This document shows positions 12,687 to 25,828 of a DNA stretch of 64,000 nt, piece by piece. The stretch is from Guillardia theta CCMP2712 (lineage: Eukaryota; Protista; Cryptophyta). Position 1 is the stretch's first letter. Each line of letters starts with the position of its first letter. The notes below the pieces were generated by a model that saw only the letters and a program-made list of their open reading frames with translations, made no database searches and was not told the origin of the DNA. Location: positions 204,503 to 268,502 of the forward strand of contig NW_005434601.1 of NCBI RefSeq assembly GCF_000315625.1, in the 5' to 3' direction. A program made the translations under genes and the position numbers.

Positions 12687-14401
12687 ATGGCAAACGTCAC
12701 CTATGATGTGCTGTGGAGGGAGACCATGCGTGATCTGCTCGACATGCTCGAGCTGGATCCACCTCAGGATCAGGACGAGGAAGAGGCTTTCCAGCATTTC
12801 TCCTACCTGTACATCAAGTATGTTCAAATCTTCAAGAACCTGGAGGACTGCTACGATCAGCACGTGCACCCGCAGAAGAGGATAGACATCAAGGAGGTGC
12901 TGGAGGCGGTGATGGGCAGGATGCTGGAGATCAAGGAGTACCTGGTGCAGCTCTCGGGCCTGAAGTTCATCAGCTTCGACGACATCCTCGTCGACCTGAA
13001 GCTGATCCCTGAGACGTTGGAGCTGCCCGTTCCCGCTACTTCGTGGACGAGAGGAAGAAGGACCTGGACATGAGGGAGAAGCTGGTTGCTACCCTAATCG
13101 CTGCCAGGGATGCGGACAAGGAGGTCGAGCCGGAGCCCCCCGAGGCCGGGTTCTCGTTGGAGGATGCCATCAGAATCATCCAAGTGAACGAGCGAGGGAG
13201 GCAGGGGAAGCAAAGGGCGAAGTTCATGAAGGAGATTGTGAGGCAGGAAGAGCTGGAGAGAAAATTGCGGGAGATCGGTCAGCCCGAGACAGACCCTGAT
13301 CAAGCAGCGGTGGTGATCCAGAAGTTGTTCCGAGGGTTCAAGACGCTGAAGCAAGCGCGTCTGATGAGGGAGGAGGAGCTGGTCTTCATCGGAATGAAGG
13401 AGCCCGAGCAGAAGCCGAGGGAGCTGGACCCCGTCTCGCGGCAGGCGGACATCAGAAGCAGGAGGAAGATCATTCAGGCTCAGAACAAGGACGAGTACGA
13501 GGAAGCGCTAGTGAGCATCAGGAGAAAGATCTACGATGACGAGGGCGTCGATATGAGGGAGCAGATGATGGACAAGATCCGCCAGTGGTTTGTTGCCTAC
13601 AGGGAGCAAAACGAGGCTTTCCCCGACTACCCTGACGAGGAGGATGGAGGTTCGCTCTTCATCTTCGACCCTCCTCCCGTGGTGGAAGAGGACGAGGAGG
13701 GTGGAGATGAGAAGGATGGGAAGGGAGGGAAAGACGACAAGAAGAAGGACGACAAAGGGAAGGGGAAGAAGGGGGAGGAGGAGGCGGAGGACGAGGGGCC
13801 TCAGGAGCTGCCGATCAGCGACTTTGTGCTGAAGATGCAGTCATGCACGGAGAAGTTCTGTCAGGTGTGGCAGGATAGGGACGAGTCGCAGAACTTCGCA
13901 CAGAAGTACGACGCGGAGCTGATTCGTGACGCGCTGCGACCTGGAGTGAGGGAGGAGATCCGGATGAAGGAGGTAGACGAGGTTATGAGGAACGAGCTGG
14001 AGAATCTCAAAGCGGCTGTGGAGAAGGGAAAGAAGGGAAAGAAGGGGAAGAAGAAGGGAAAGAAAGGGAAGAAAGGGAAGAAGGTAAGGGCTGTCAGGTG
14101 TTTCTGCCGCCTCTGATGTTCGTTCCTCCTCCTCCTCTCTCTCCTCTCTCTCTCTCCTTCTCCTCCTCCTCCTCCTCCTCCTCCTCCCCTCCTCCTCCAC
14201 TTCCCCTCTTCTCCTCATACAGGGCAAGAAGGGCAAGAAGGGACCCAAGGACTTAACGCCAGATAGGACGATGGACTCATTGATGAAGGAGCTGGTTGAC
14301 AAAGACATCCTGCAGCTCGCAAGCAACTACTCTGTGCAGGTCAATGCTCATCCCCTGATCTTACTGTTCTCCTTCTCCTTCTCCTCCTCCTCCTCCTCCT
14401 C

Positions 14402-14459
<58 letters not shown>

Positions 14460-15065
14460 NNNNNNNNNNNNNNNNNNNNNNNNNNNNNNNNNNNNNNNNN
14501 NNNNNNNNNNNNNNNNNNNNNNNNNNNNNNNNNNNNNNNNNNNNNNNNNNNNNNNNNNNCCCCCCCCCCCCTCCTCCTCCTCCTCCTCCTCCTCCTCCTC
14601 CTCCTCCTCCTCCTCCTCGCAATGATGTCTTTTTGCTCAGGACTTCGTCGGACAACACAGGAATCTGGACATGATTGAGAGGAAGGCTCTCGACCCGACC
14701 CCTCCCGAGGCTTCCTTGGCTCAGATCCGACAGGTGCTGCTGGAGCATGAGGAGGTGGAGGGCGGAAGGAGGGAGCAAGCAGAGGGGAGAGAGAAGGAAG
14801 ACGTGGAGGAGGTGGCAGAAAGACGAGAGGCATAAAAGGAGGGCGAGGGCGAGAACGATGACGAGGACGAGGAGGGGGAGGAGGAGGGGGAGCACGAGGA
14901 GGGGAGAGGGAGAGGAGAGTGGAGGACGGGGAGGATCAGCAGAAGGATTCTGATATTTTTGTCCTTACAGGCGGTAGTGGAGCAACTCGTCCTGCCACTC
15001 GGCTCGCAGGCTGTGCATGAGAAGGCGCCGTTTGTGAACAAGGCGCTAATATACGGTCCCAAGGT

Positions 15066-15113
<48 letters not shown>

Positions 15114-16917
15114 AGGAGAAAGGCGGAGGAAGGAAATGAGGAGAAGAAGGAAATACAAGAGGAGAGCGAGGGAGGAGGAGGTGGAGGAGGAGGAAGTGAG
15201 AGCTGCGGCAGGGATGCGGGAAGACGATGCTCTCCATGGCGATTGCTAGAGAGACAGGAAGCAACTTTTTCAACCTCTCGGCTCGAAATCTCGACCCAGG
15301 GGCTCCAGGATCAGGTGAAGATGGGGAGGAGTGAAAAGGGAGGAGAGGAGGGAGAGGTGGGAGAGGTGGGAGAGGTGGGAGAGGTGGGAGGAGGGACGGA
15401 GAAGTCAGAGACAAAGGGGGGAAGGAAGAGGAGGTTGCGGGGAAGGTTGCGAGGAAGTGTGGGAGGGATGGAGGAAGAAGAGGACGGGGAGGAGAGAGAG
15501 GAGGAGACGGAGAGGGAGGTGAGTGTGACGCTGGTGCACAGGACGTATCAAGTATCCCGACAAGAAGGGAGCAAACTCTGCTGTGATGATGCTGCACATG
15601 GTCTTCAAGGTTGACATGGCGGAGGGAGGGAGGGAGGGAGGGAGGGAGAGGGTCAGCAGGTTGACCGATGTTTTAGGTTGCAAAAGCTTTGGCTCCCTCT
15701 GTAGTCTACATGGACGAAGTGGAATGGACATTCATCGCAGACAAGAAGAAGGTAATCGAGAGGAGGAGAAGCAAGGAGAGGAGGGGGGAGAGGAGGAGGA
15801 GGAGGAGGAGCAGGAGGAGGGGAAGGATGATTGACCTGACGTTTCATCAGCTGAAATCTCAGTGGCCGGGGGAAAAGCCACCGTCGAGATTCTTGAAAGA
15901 TTTCCTCAAGGAAGTGAAGTTTCTCAAGGAGGAGGATAGGATCCTTATCCTGGGGAACTCACGGTCTGCCCGCTGCTCCTCCCCCTCCCCCCTCCTCCTT
16001 GCCTGACTTTCCCTCTAGGCGCCCCTTCTTTGCTGAGAAAGGAGATCTGAAGAAGATGAACACTTTCTTCAAGGTTTCTCCGTCCTGCCTGTCTGCCTTC
16101 CTCCTTCGCTCCTCTCACTCGCTACTCCTCCTCGTATCGCTCGCTCGCCCTGTCTTTCTCTTCTCTCCCTCCCTTCCTACCTGCCTGCTCTGGTCCAGTT
16201 TCTCCCATCTCTCTGCGTTACTTCCCCACATAGTGCCTCCTTTTTGCTCTTTCCTCCCTTTTGCTCCTCCCATTCACTTACCAACCTTTGTAGGACTTCA
16301 AACTTTTCATCCCTCTGCCAGACTATCCCTCCTTCCAGGTGCTCCAGTCTGTTCCTTCCTCCCTCCTCGCTCGCTCTTGCTCCCTCCTCTTTCCCTTCTC
16401 CCTCACTCCTCGCTCCTCGCTCCTCGCTCCTCTTCCCTTGCACCTCCTCCCTCGCACCTTCTCCCCCCTTCTTCTCCCCCGTTCTTCTTCTGCTATCCTC
16501 TCGTTTGTCCTCACCGTAAATTCCTGCAGGCGATCTGGCGATCCCTCATCCTCCGGAACAAGGGAGTCATCACGGTAAGGATACACCCTCCCTTTTCAGA
16601 TCAACTTCCCCCTCTCCCTCTCCCTCTCCCTCTCCCTCCCCCTCCCCCTCCCCCTCTCCCTCTCCCTCTCCCTCTCCCTCTCCCTCTCCCTCTCCCTCTC
16701 CCTCTCCCTCTCCCTCGTCCTCTTCCTCATCCTCGTCCTCGTCTCACCGCCGCGAGCAGGATGCGCTGGACTTCCAGACTCTCGCCTGGATCACCAAGAG
16801 CGCAGGATACACACCTGGAGCGGTTGACGCTGTCTGCAAGAAGGTTGATCTCCTCTTTCCAATTGCTCATCGTCTTCGCCTCTTCGTCCTCGTCCTCGTC
16901 CTCCTTCTGCTCCTCTT

Positions 16918-16958
<41 letters not shown>

Positions 16959-17926
16959 TCTCCTCGTCCTCGTCCTCGTCCTCCTCCTCCTCCTCCTCCT
17001 CCTCCTCCTCCTCCTCCTCCTCCTCCTCCTCCTCCTCTTCCTCCTTGCCCTCTGCTCTCCTCCTTGGCTCCTCCTCTCACGGTATTCCTGGTCATCAGGT
17101 CCTCACACAGAGGAGGCTTCAGCGACTTCCCATCAAACCTCTCTCCCACAACGAGTTTCTCCCTCACCTTGCCAAGATCGATCCAATCTTCAAGGTCCAC
17201 TTACTTCCCTCCTCTTGTTCTCCCTCTTCCCGTCTCCTCTCCTCTCCTCTCCTCTCCCCTCCTCTCCTTTCTCCTCTCCTCTCCTCTCCTCTCCTCTCCT
17301 CTCTCCTCTCTCCTCTCCTCTCCTCTCCTCTCCTCTCCTCTCCTCTCCTCTCTCCTCTCTCCTCTCTCCTCTCTCCTCTCTCCTCTCTCCTCTCTCCTCT
17401 CTCCTTCTCTTCTCTTCCGCCTTCGACTCTTCTTCACATCACCCAAGCTCCTCGTCCTTCTCCTAGTACTGACTGCTGGAGCAGGAGGACTATGAGCAGT
17501 TCATGGCCTGGAACCTCAAGAACAATCCGCAGGGGAAGCAGGTGAGAAGGGGGAAGAAGGGAAGATGGGGGGGAGTGACGCAGGAGGAAGGAGAGAGATG
17601 AAGGATGGAGAGGGCAGGGAGGAGGGAGAGAAGGGAAGGTGAGAGGGGGAGAGTGAGAGGAGGGAAAAGGGAGCGAGGAACCAGAGGAGATGAAAGAGAG
17701 GAGGGAGAGAGGAAGGAACCAGAGGAGATAAACGAGAGGAGGGAGAGAGGAAGGAACCAGAGGAGATAAACGAGAGGAGGGAGAGAGGAAGGAAGGGGAG
17801 AGAAGGGAGGGGAAGGAGGGACCTGGAATGCGAGAACGTCGGTCGAAGAGGCTGATGCGTCAACAGGAGCCGAAGGAGAAGAAGCCCAAGGCAGAGAAAG
17901 CGAAGGGAGGGAAGAAGAAGAAGTGA
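12687..17926 (+). CDS. IQCA1: IQ and AAA domain protein / dynein regulatory complex subunit 11, with an apparent 1-nt frameshift at ~13033
   Basis: Conserved N-terminus (YLYIKYVQIFKNLEDCYDQHVHPQKR, IIQVNERGRQG), IQ motif (AAVVIQKLFRGF), Lys-rich segment followed by KDLTPDRT, spliced Walker A GPK|GCGKT, Walker B VVYMDEVE; stop TGA 17924-17926. Confidence 0.9.
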
Positions 17927-18235
17927 GAGGGAGAGGCGAGGAGGAGGAGTAGGAGTAGTAGTAGTACGAGGAGGAGGAGGATGCGGCTAATTCTTGCTGT
18001 AAACATTTTATTCTTTTTGCAAATGAATATCGCGAGGGAAGCGATCTAGAACTTTATGTACAGAAGGGAAGTAAGAGGAGAGGGACAGTGAGGGAACAGG
18101 AGAGGAGATACACGACAAAACGAGAGCGGGGAGTGGGAGTGGGAGTGGGAGTGGGAGTGGGAGTGGGAGTGGGAGTGGGAGGAGAGGGGGGCGGGAGGAG
18201 GAGGAGGAGGAGGAGGAGGAGGAGGAGGAACGCTG

Positions 18236-20508
18236 TCACTGTCCCTCCATCATGGTCAGCCACATCGGATCCTCTTGCTCCGCCACCGTCGTCTCTATCA
18301 GCGATCTTAGCATGCTCGGCCACACCACATGGAGGGTCTCGATCGCCTCGGCGGACGCACAGGCGTCAGACAGGATCGACTTCGACGCCTCCTCTGCAAC
18401 CCGCCGGTTCATCGCCCCCCCAGTCGTCCGCAGCTGCTCTGAGCCAGCCAACGTCCGGAAGCTCGGAGTCCCCGGCAAGTCCTCGAACCCCAGCTGGGCC
18501 ATGGCAGAGGAGAGGCGCAAACAGGTCTGTGAGGAGCTCTGCGAGAGATGCTTTGAGAGGAGGGAGCTGAAGGCGCCGAAGGCCTCGGAGGAGGAGGACC
18601 TCTCCGACTTGCTGATCGTCTCCCCGTTGAACTCCACCAGCTGCCCGATGCGGTAGATCACGTACGGCCTCAGCATGGCCGAGCTGCAGACGGGGTTTTC
18701 CTTCACCTGCAGGCTCTCGAGCTTCACCATGGCAGCCACGGGATTGAGCTCAGCAATGCTCAGCAGGTTGTTGTTGGCAAGGACAAGCCTCGTTACCCCT
18801 GTCAGCGACGCCAGGTACGGTGCCGCCCGTCGCATCGTCACGTATTGCAGCTGTGCTGTGCTAACGCCCGAGCTGAACTTTTCCAGCTGGTCAAAGCTTG
18901 TCCCGTATACGTTCAGCATCGAGCTCTTGCCGTTGCCATTGCCCCCGACTACCTCCATGAAGCCGTGGGACAAGGAGTCCCTCTCCAGCAGCTCCCTGCT
19001 CCTCGACGACTTGCACTCCTCTTCCCACTCATCTCTCACCATCTTCAGCGCCTCCTGCTTCTCCTCAATCGCCTGCCCCTTCTTCATCTCCACCTGCAGC
19101 CTCTCCTCCGCCTTCCTGGCCTGCGCACTTGCCATTCGACGCTCGTCGTCGGACACGCGCTTGAGGTCAAGGTGGCGCAGGTTCTTCAGGTTGTCCAGCA
19201 CAACCTGCCTGTAGCCGCACTCACTCGCCACCGGGTTGCCATCGAGCGCCAGCTCTAGAAGGTTCTTGTTCATGAAGATCGACTCAAGCGCGTCGAAGGA
19301 TGCCAGCTGGTTGTTGGAGATGAACGCCCGCTGCAGCGTTGAGATCGCCTCCAGCGATCGGACCTCGGTGATCAGGTTGCGCCGGAGGTTCAGCTCAGTG
19401 AGGGATGCTAGGGAGGACAGGTTGTTGACCACCTTGATCTGATTCCCGGCCAGGTTGAGGACTCGGAGTTCGGGCAAGTTGTCGAGGTTTTCAATGGTGG
19501 AGATGTTGTTGCTGTGCAGATCGAGCACGTCCAGCCTTGTCAGCTTGTCAAGCCCCTGGATCCTCTCGAGGTGATTCTTTCCCAGCATCAAGACCCGCAG
19601 GGTCGTCACTGCAGTCAGGCACTCTATGACGCGCACATGGTTGTTGTACAGATCAAGGAAGATGAGGTTGGGCAAGTTGTCGAGGTTTTCAACCTGGCAG
19701 CTTCTCGTCACGAGCCAGCACAGAGAGCAGGAGAAGGACCTTGGAGATCAGGTTGTTCTGATAGTTGAGCAGCCTGAGCTTCTCCTCTCCCTCCAGGACG
19801 GGGCAGCAACTGCGGCAAAACAAATCACAAGTTCTGATCAGGGACGCTCTTGCGATGGACGCACGTGAGCTTTCTTCGGTCAAGGTTCAGTCTCTCTGGG
19901 TTAGAGAACTTCTCCTCCTTCGATCGGTTTATAACCTGATGACGCATCTCCCCGTCAGGACCAGCAACGCTGTCCCGACGGTGCACTTACCAACTGCCCG
20001 CCATTGGAATTTCCCGATACGTTCACTGTGGCACTCGGAGTAGCCTGAACGCTGTCGTAGCGCTAGGATGGGAGTCAATACAAGGGAGATCTGAGGGCTT
20101 CAAGACCTTCTCGTTGTCCTTCTCCTCGGCATCGAAGTGCAAACCCCGGTCTGTAATGCACTTCACTCCCTGCACTGCCTTCACAACATCGCACCTTTGT
20201 TCAGCTTGTGGGGGGAGAAGAACGACACCTCCTCACTTGCACTGCTCGAGTTCCCGGGGAACTGCAGGAGGAGATGATCAAGGAGAGATGGGGCCTCCAA
20301 GAAGGCGAGGCCCACCTTGAACCCTGAGGAGAAGAGGCCTGTACCCGGCTGAGAATGGTTTCTAGTACTGGCTACATCCAAGCTGGGAACCTGATGGAGG
20401 AGCTTCAGTCACACCATCAAACTCTCGACCTCCAACCTGAGGATGGGAGGTGAAACGATTGTTTCCCATCTGGATATTCAGCAATCTGTGCGTCGGCCCG
20501 TCAGCCAT
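18236..20508 (-). CDS. LRRC49: Leucine-rich repeat protein 49-like (tubulin polyglutamylase complex subunit)
   Basis: CPVLEGEEKLRLLNYQNNLISK|VENLDNLPNLIFLDLYNNH...LRVLMLGKN...LDVLDLHSNNI LRR series typical of LRRC49, plus an LRRcap and a second LRR block; start codon uncertain. Confidence 0.8.
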
Positions 20509-20879
20509 TGGATTTGAATCGTACTGTCTCGCAATGCTCACCTTCCTTGTACATTCATTCCCACAGAGCTCCTCACTCCTCCGCCCTCCCCAGGTCTCCC
20601 ATGCATGAGCTGCACCCGTGCTGCGCTCGCAGGCCTCTGTCCTCTGACCCCTTCCTGCCCACTCCGAAGCAGAGCACCTCGCCCCTGCCCGCGCATGGGG
20701 TCTTTGGCTGAGTCGGGGCGAACAGCCTGTGGAGACGAGGAGGAGGAGAGGGAAGAAGGAAGGGCAGTCGATGCTGACTGAGGGTTGGAGGAGGCAGGAG
20801 AAGAGGAAGTTGAGGTCCTCCTCCCTCCCAGCCGGTTCAGTACCATGCTCCTCCCCCGCCCCCCCTCCATGGTTTCGCC

Positions 20880-21200
20880 CTTGCCACCCCCGGAATTTTT
20901 CACATCCCACCCCTTTGACAAGGTACCCCTGTGTTTCCCTACCCACCCCCATTAATTTGAATTTTAACACTAGTACCCTATTTTTGACTGTAAAAGCAGG
21001 GGTATTACACAACAAATACGCCGTCACACCCCATCCTATGGATAGACACCCACCACTGATGTATCTGACTTGGTGATCGACCCCTCTTCCTTCAGTACCC
21101 CTTATTTTCCGCCTGAGTACCCCTATCGACATTGTGACCCTCCTTATTCCCCTTGCCCACATCCCATCTCTTACACATTTGTCCCACGTCCCCGCTCAGA
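20880..21200. promoter_or_regulatory. ACCCC/TACCCC-rich tract in a divergent intergenic region
   Basis: Dense ACCCC/TACCC words between the starts of LRRC49 (-) and the PDZ gene (+); the regulatory role is inferred from position. Confidence 0.4.
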
Positions 21201-21341
21201 CCCAAAATTCAAGTAGCTGGGAAAACACTGGGAGGGAGGAGGGAGGCCCGGAGGAGGAACGGGAGGAGGAGGAGAAAGTGAGGAGGAGAAAGTGCAGTGA
21301 AAAGAAATACCAGCCTGGGAAGGCAATTATACGAGACCGGG

Positions 21342-23049
21342 ATGCAGCAGCTGACGAAGGAAAAGACGATGGTGATGGTGCAGTCGACGATGATGGATAT
21401 GGTATCCGAGCTGCAGCAGATGCTTGCTTCTGCAGTGGAGGAACGGGATGCACTGCGCGAGGAGGTGAAGCGGAAGGATGAGAAGCTTTCAAGAGAATCT
21501 TCACGTGTGGCCGGACTTTCCAAGGAGATGCAGTCGATCAGGAAGGAGCAGAGCTCTTTGCAGAAGGAGCTAGAGCGATGTAAAAGGAGTCACAAGTTTG
21601 ACCTCGAGAGAGAGCAGGAGAGATGCTCTGCGATACGGGAGGAGATGAAAATGAGCCAGACGGCCTGGGACTATGCACAGACGAAGCTGGTACAGGAGAT
21701 TGAGGGTCTGCGTGCTCAGCTGAGAGAGAAGGCGCAGAAAGACGAGTCAGATACGAAGGAAAAGGAGCTAATGGCTACAATTTCATCGCTAGAGAATGAG
21801 TTGAAAGAAGAGCGCAGCAAAATATCGTCCATGAAAGATATGATTGACGAACTGGGAAGGAAGACGAAGGGGCTGGAGGAGATGTTCACTGCTGAGGTTA
21901 AGCAGCTGAGGGAACCCAAGGTGACTTCTATCAGCTCAAGTGAGACCTTTTGATCCTTGAGAGCAGAACAAACCCAAACACGCGGAAAGAAACGTCAGAG
22001 TGGTGGAGGAGGCTGCGTACAGACGAATACAAGAGGAGGAGGATCGAGCTGCTGCTTGGGGGCTGTCAAGGGAACAGTAAGTGGTGACAGTAACAGAGAC
22101 AAGATGGAACATGACTGTTTAAACAAGGTTCCAGAAGCAGCTCAAGGAGAAAGAGCTTGCAGCGCAACAAGTGCGAGAGCAAGAGGAAGCAACGTGGAGG
22201 GAGATTGAGCAAGCTCTAAATCTCGAGGTCATTCTGCACACTTCAAACTTGGGAGTGAGTTGCTGGATTTTCAGGCGAAGGATGATGATGAACAACATGC
22301 CAAAGACTCTTCGGACTTGCCCGAACAGAACAAGGCAGTAGAAAAGACTGCGACTAAAGGGGCCAAGGTAAGGCTGGTCCAAACTGTTAGTACATGACGG
22401 GAGCGCATGATGCGACTGTAGATAGGCAGCCTTGGGTTCAACTTCAAGTATTCGAAGACCAATCAAACGTGGAGTGTCAGCACGATAAAGCCAGGAGGTT
22501 GGGCAGCGGAGGTGAGGAGAGGACGCCGCGGACTGAATTGATCATGATCATGAGCTCAGAGCGGACTGTTGAGGACAGGAGATGTCATCATATCCGTCAA
22601 CGGGCAGCCATGTAGCGGTTTGACCTGCTTGGACATGGCGAATCGATTAGTGGTAAGGACGAGGAGGTAGGAAGTGAGGGATGAGACTCAAGAAAGAGGC
22701 AGGGGATGCAGGGGACGAAGATCAGCCTGCAGCTTCAGCGGGGGAAGGAGCAAGTGGAAGTCCATGGAGTTTGCAAATCTGCTCCCTCAAGGTGACGAGA
22801 GAAGGGAGGCGGCAAGCTCTGATAGAGCAGAATGTTGCTCACAGGGAGGACGAGGACGATGACGAGAACGACGATGATAGCGAGGACGATGACGAGGAAG
22901 ACCAGGAGGAGGAGGAGGAGGAGGAGGAGGAGGAGGAGGAGGAGGAGGATGGCGATAAGGACGAAGACGAGGACGAAGACGAGGATGGCGATGAGGACGA
23001 AGACGAGGACGAGGACGAGGACCAGGACGAGGATGGCGATGAGGACGAA

Positions 23050-23081
<32 letters not shown>

Positions 23082-23166
23082 TGGCGATGAGGACGAAGAC
23101 GAGGACGAGGACGAGGACCAGGGCGAGGATGGCGATGAAGACGATGAAGACGGGGATGAGGATTAG
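21342..23166 (+). CDS. Coiled-coil protein with a PDZ domain and a long D/E acidic tail
   Basis: Heptad-rich exon 1. Spliced exons 22421-22790 read IGSLGFNFKY..WSVSTIKPGGWAAESGLLRTGDVIISVNG..GTKISLQLQR (PDZ). A ~53-nt intron joins in frame to the acidic ORF ending at 23166; otherwise the stop is at 22795. Confidence 0.7.
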
Positions 23167-23217
23167 GACGGGGGGGAGTATGATGGTGATGGTGATGGTG
23201 ATGGTGGCAAGATCTGC

Positions 23218-25372
23218 CTATCCAGCAGCAGCAGAAGTTGAGAGGATTTCAAGGAAATTGACACTTGAAGTTGAGAGCAAACTTTGGAGGATGCCCCCTG
23301 AAGTTTGTGTCGTAGAGCGTCTGGCCGTTGAAGCCTGTGTCGAACTCACAGCCAAGGCGGAAGGAGATGCTGGGAGTAAGGGCCTGCTGGGAGTCAGGAT
23401 GGGGGAGGAGCAGGGGGATGGGGGGAAAGAGGGGATCGAAAAGATGGTCAAGAGGAAGAGGAGGAGAAGAGGCAGGAGGAGGCGGGGAGGGGGAGGAGGA
23501 GGGGGCCCCCACTCACCCGAGTGAAGACAGCGCCTAACAGACCGCTAGAGCGAATAACAGCTCTCAAGCTCGACCTTTCGCTGATCTTGTGCCTGATTGG
23601 CACTGGCGTGAAGGATGGTGGTGGTGGTGGTGATGATGATGATGACGATGAAGAGGAGGAGGAGGAGAGGAGGAGGAGGAGAGGAGGAGGAGGAAGGGGA
23701 GGTTTCGAGGGTGGTGTTGATGGAAGGCGAGCAGCATGCAGTAGAGAGAAAGGAGCGGGCCAATTGACTCACTCCAAACCAACAGCTCCTGCCTTTGATT
23801 GCTCCTCACTCGTCAAGGACCCCTGCCATCGCCGGCTGGTCACAACCAACACGCCCGCAACGCCCTCATACAGCAATCTGCAGGTCGTTGGAGAGTGTAT
23901 GATGGAAGCTCGCCGTGTACGACCTCATGTCGTCCGAGAAGACACATCCGACCTGCGGGCTACCTTCAGTCCCTCTCAGCACTGACGTCAAGACAAGACA
24001 CTTGGAGGTTATCCACGGTGTACCTGGACTACAAGTCAAGGGCTCAAGGGGACAACACGCTACGGGTTCGCATCACTCACTGCAGTGCGAGCTTGACGTC
24101 TGAGAGCTTGTTGCTGCGCTTCCTGGTATTGAGGATTGCTTTCACCCCTCCAGCCCACCCGCCGGCCCCTGCACAAGGCTGAGGATGCTCTGACTCCACG
24201 AGGACTCTTGAGATACCCGTCAGGGCAGACAACTGCAGCTGGTTTGAGACGAAGCTGCTCTAGGGTCACACAGAGTGCCTGGGGAGGTTGACAGGATCGT
24301 ACTTGCGGGTGGCTCCGATGGAAAGATGCTCGTTGTTGATCTCAACTCCTAACTTTCCCTTCAGCTCGGAGATCGCCTGCTCCAGAACAACGATGATCAG
24401 GATATCGAGAGAGTCCTTCATGCGAACCTCCCCGATCCTCATCAGAGGATTGGAAGATATATAGATGTTGGGTTCCGGGTGCCTGCACAGCAGGAGAGGA
24501 GCCGAGAGCAGCGAGGTCAGAGCACGGCGATACCGGCAAGGACACGTTCTCACGCTACTTCCAGGCTGAGACGCGCGGTGGGACTGTGAGGGTTCGTCAG
24601 CGTCGTCAAAGGACTCGAGCGATCTCCCGGACCTGAATCGCATGTTCACTTGCACGTTGCCGTCGCCGTCGGGCCCCGTGGCGATCTTGTTGATGACCTG
24701 GAAGGGGCCGTAAGGGGACAACCTCAGCGAGTGGAACAGACTGAGTGAACCTCCAGCCCCGAAGTCTGTCCGAAGAGATGGTTGTAGAACGTGCATCGCA
24801 GCCTCTCAGTCATCACTCCCCTCCACTCCGACCGATCCCGTAGAACTTCAGCCATCGGCAATCGAGCCGCATCGTCAGAGTTCACATTTTACCCACAAGT
24901 CAGGATAACATGCCCTGTGAAGGACAAGAATGAGATACCTGGGCACCAGTTAAACGCAGATCCTAGTTTTAGCGTTGCGCCATTGTCAATGGCAGTGGTC
25001 GGCATTTCCAGTTCGATCCCATGGTTGTTCGGAATCTGCAAGAGATCCTTCACTGATCACTCGGGCAACCTCTTGTTGTTAGAGATCGTCAACTGAGCAT
25101 GTCTCTGTCTCTGTCTCTGTCTCTGTCCCTCTTCTACCCTCCCTCCATCTCATTCCAACCTTTCGGAGAAGAATCTCAGAGCGTTTGCCAACCTTGTCGA
25201 AGAATCCGTTCCCCTAAACAAAGTCAGGATCACTCCACTCTCCTCCTCCCTCCATCGTTGCGAGACGGCGGCATCGCCCAAGGACCTTCTCCCATCTCTC
25301 CTCTCCTATCCTCATGCTCCCATCACCTTCGCTCCTCCGCTCATCGTCGCCAGGAGCAGCACTATTGCCCAT
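23218..25372 (-). CDS. Hypothetical multi-exon protein, possibly N-myristoylated (MGNSAAP)
   Basis: Series of GT-AG-bounded open exons (e.g. IPNNHGIELEMPTT; EPNIYISSNPLMRIGEVRMKDSLDILIIVVLEQAISEL); no family recognised, ends approximate. Confidence 0.45.
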
Positions 25373-25581
25373 TGCCCCGCCTTGCCCAGCATTTTCCGTC
25401 CCCCGTTTCCTTGGTGAGTTTATAATAAAAAATTCATATTATGTATAATTATGTTATTGTTTTAAGCTTATATATAAATCGCTTGAAACCGTTATGAACC
25501 GTTCCAGACGTCACTTCGCAATGGCGGTGGTTTTGTAGTGCAGGGCAGGAAGGGAGAGGAGGAGGGAGGAGGGGGGGGGGA

Positions 25582-25779
25582 GAGAGGGAGGGAGAAGACG
25601 AGCAGGAGGACGAAGAGAGGGAGGGAGAAGACGAGCACGAGGATGAAGAGAGGGAGGGAGAAGACGAGCACGAGGACGAAGAGAAGGAGGGAGAAGACGA
25701 GCACGAGGATGAAGAGAGGGAGGGAGAAGACGAGCACGAGGATAAGAGAGGGGGGGAGAAGACGAGCACGAGGATGAAG
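25582..25779. repeat. 33-bp minisatellite (GAGAGGGAGGGAGAAGACGAGCACGAGGAYGAA) x6
   Basis: Six near-identical tandem units. Confidence 0.9.
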
Positions 25780-25828
25780 TGGACTATGTCGAGAATGTCT
25801 GATCAAGTTGTCATCTCCTGACCTCAGC

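Noticed and set aside
15999-17495. 498-aa Pro/Leu/Ser-rich ORF and similar low-complexity ORFs
   Set aside because: Stop-free pyrimidine microsatellite introns of IQCA1, not proteins
25582-25779. Possible CRISPR-like 33-bp repeats
   Set aside because: Contiguous minisatellite without spacers
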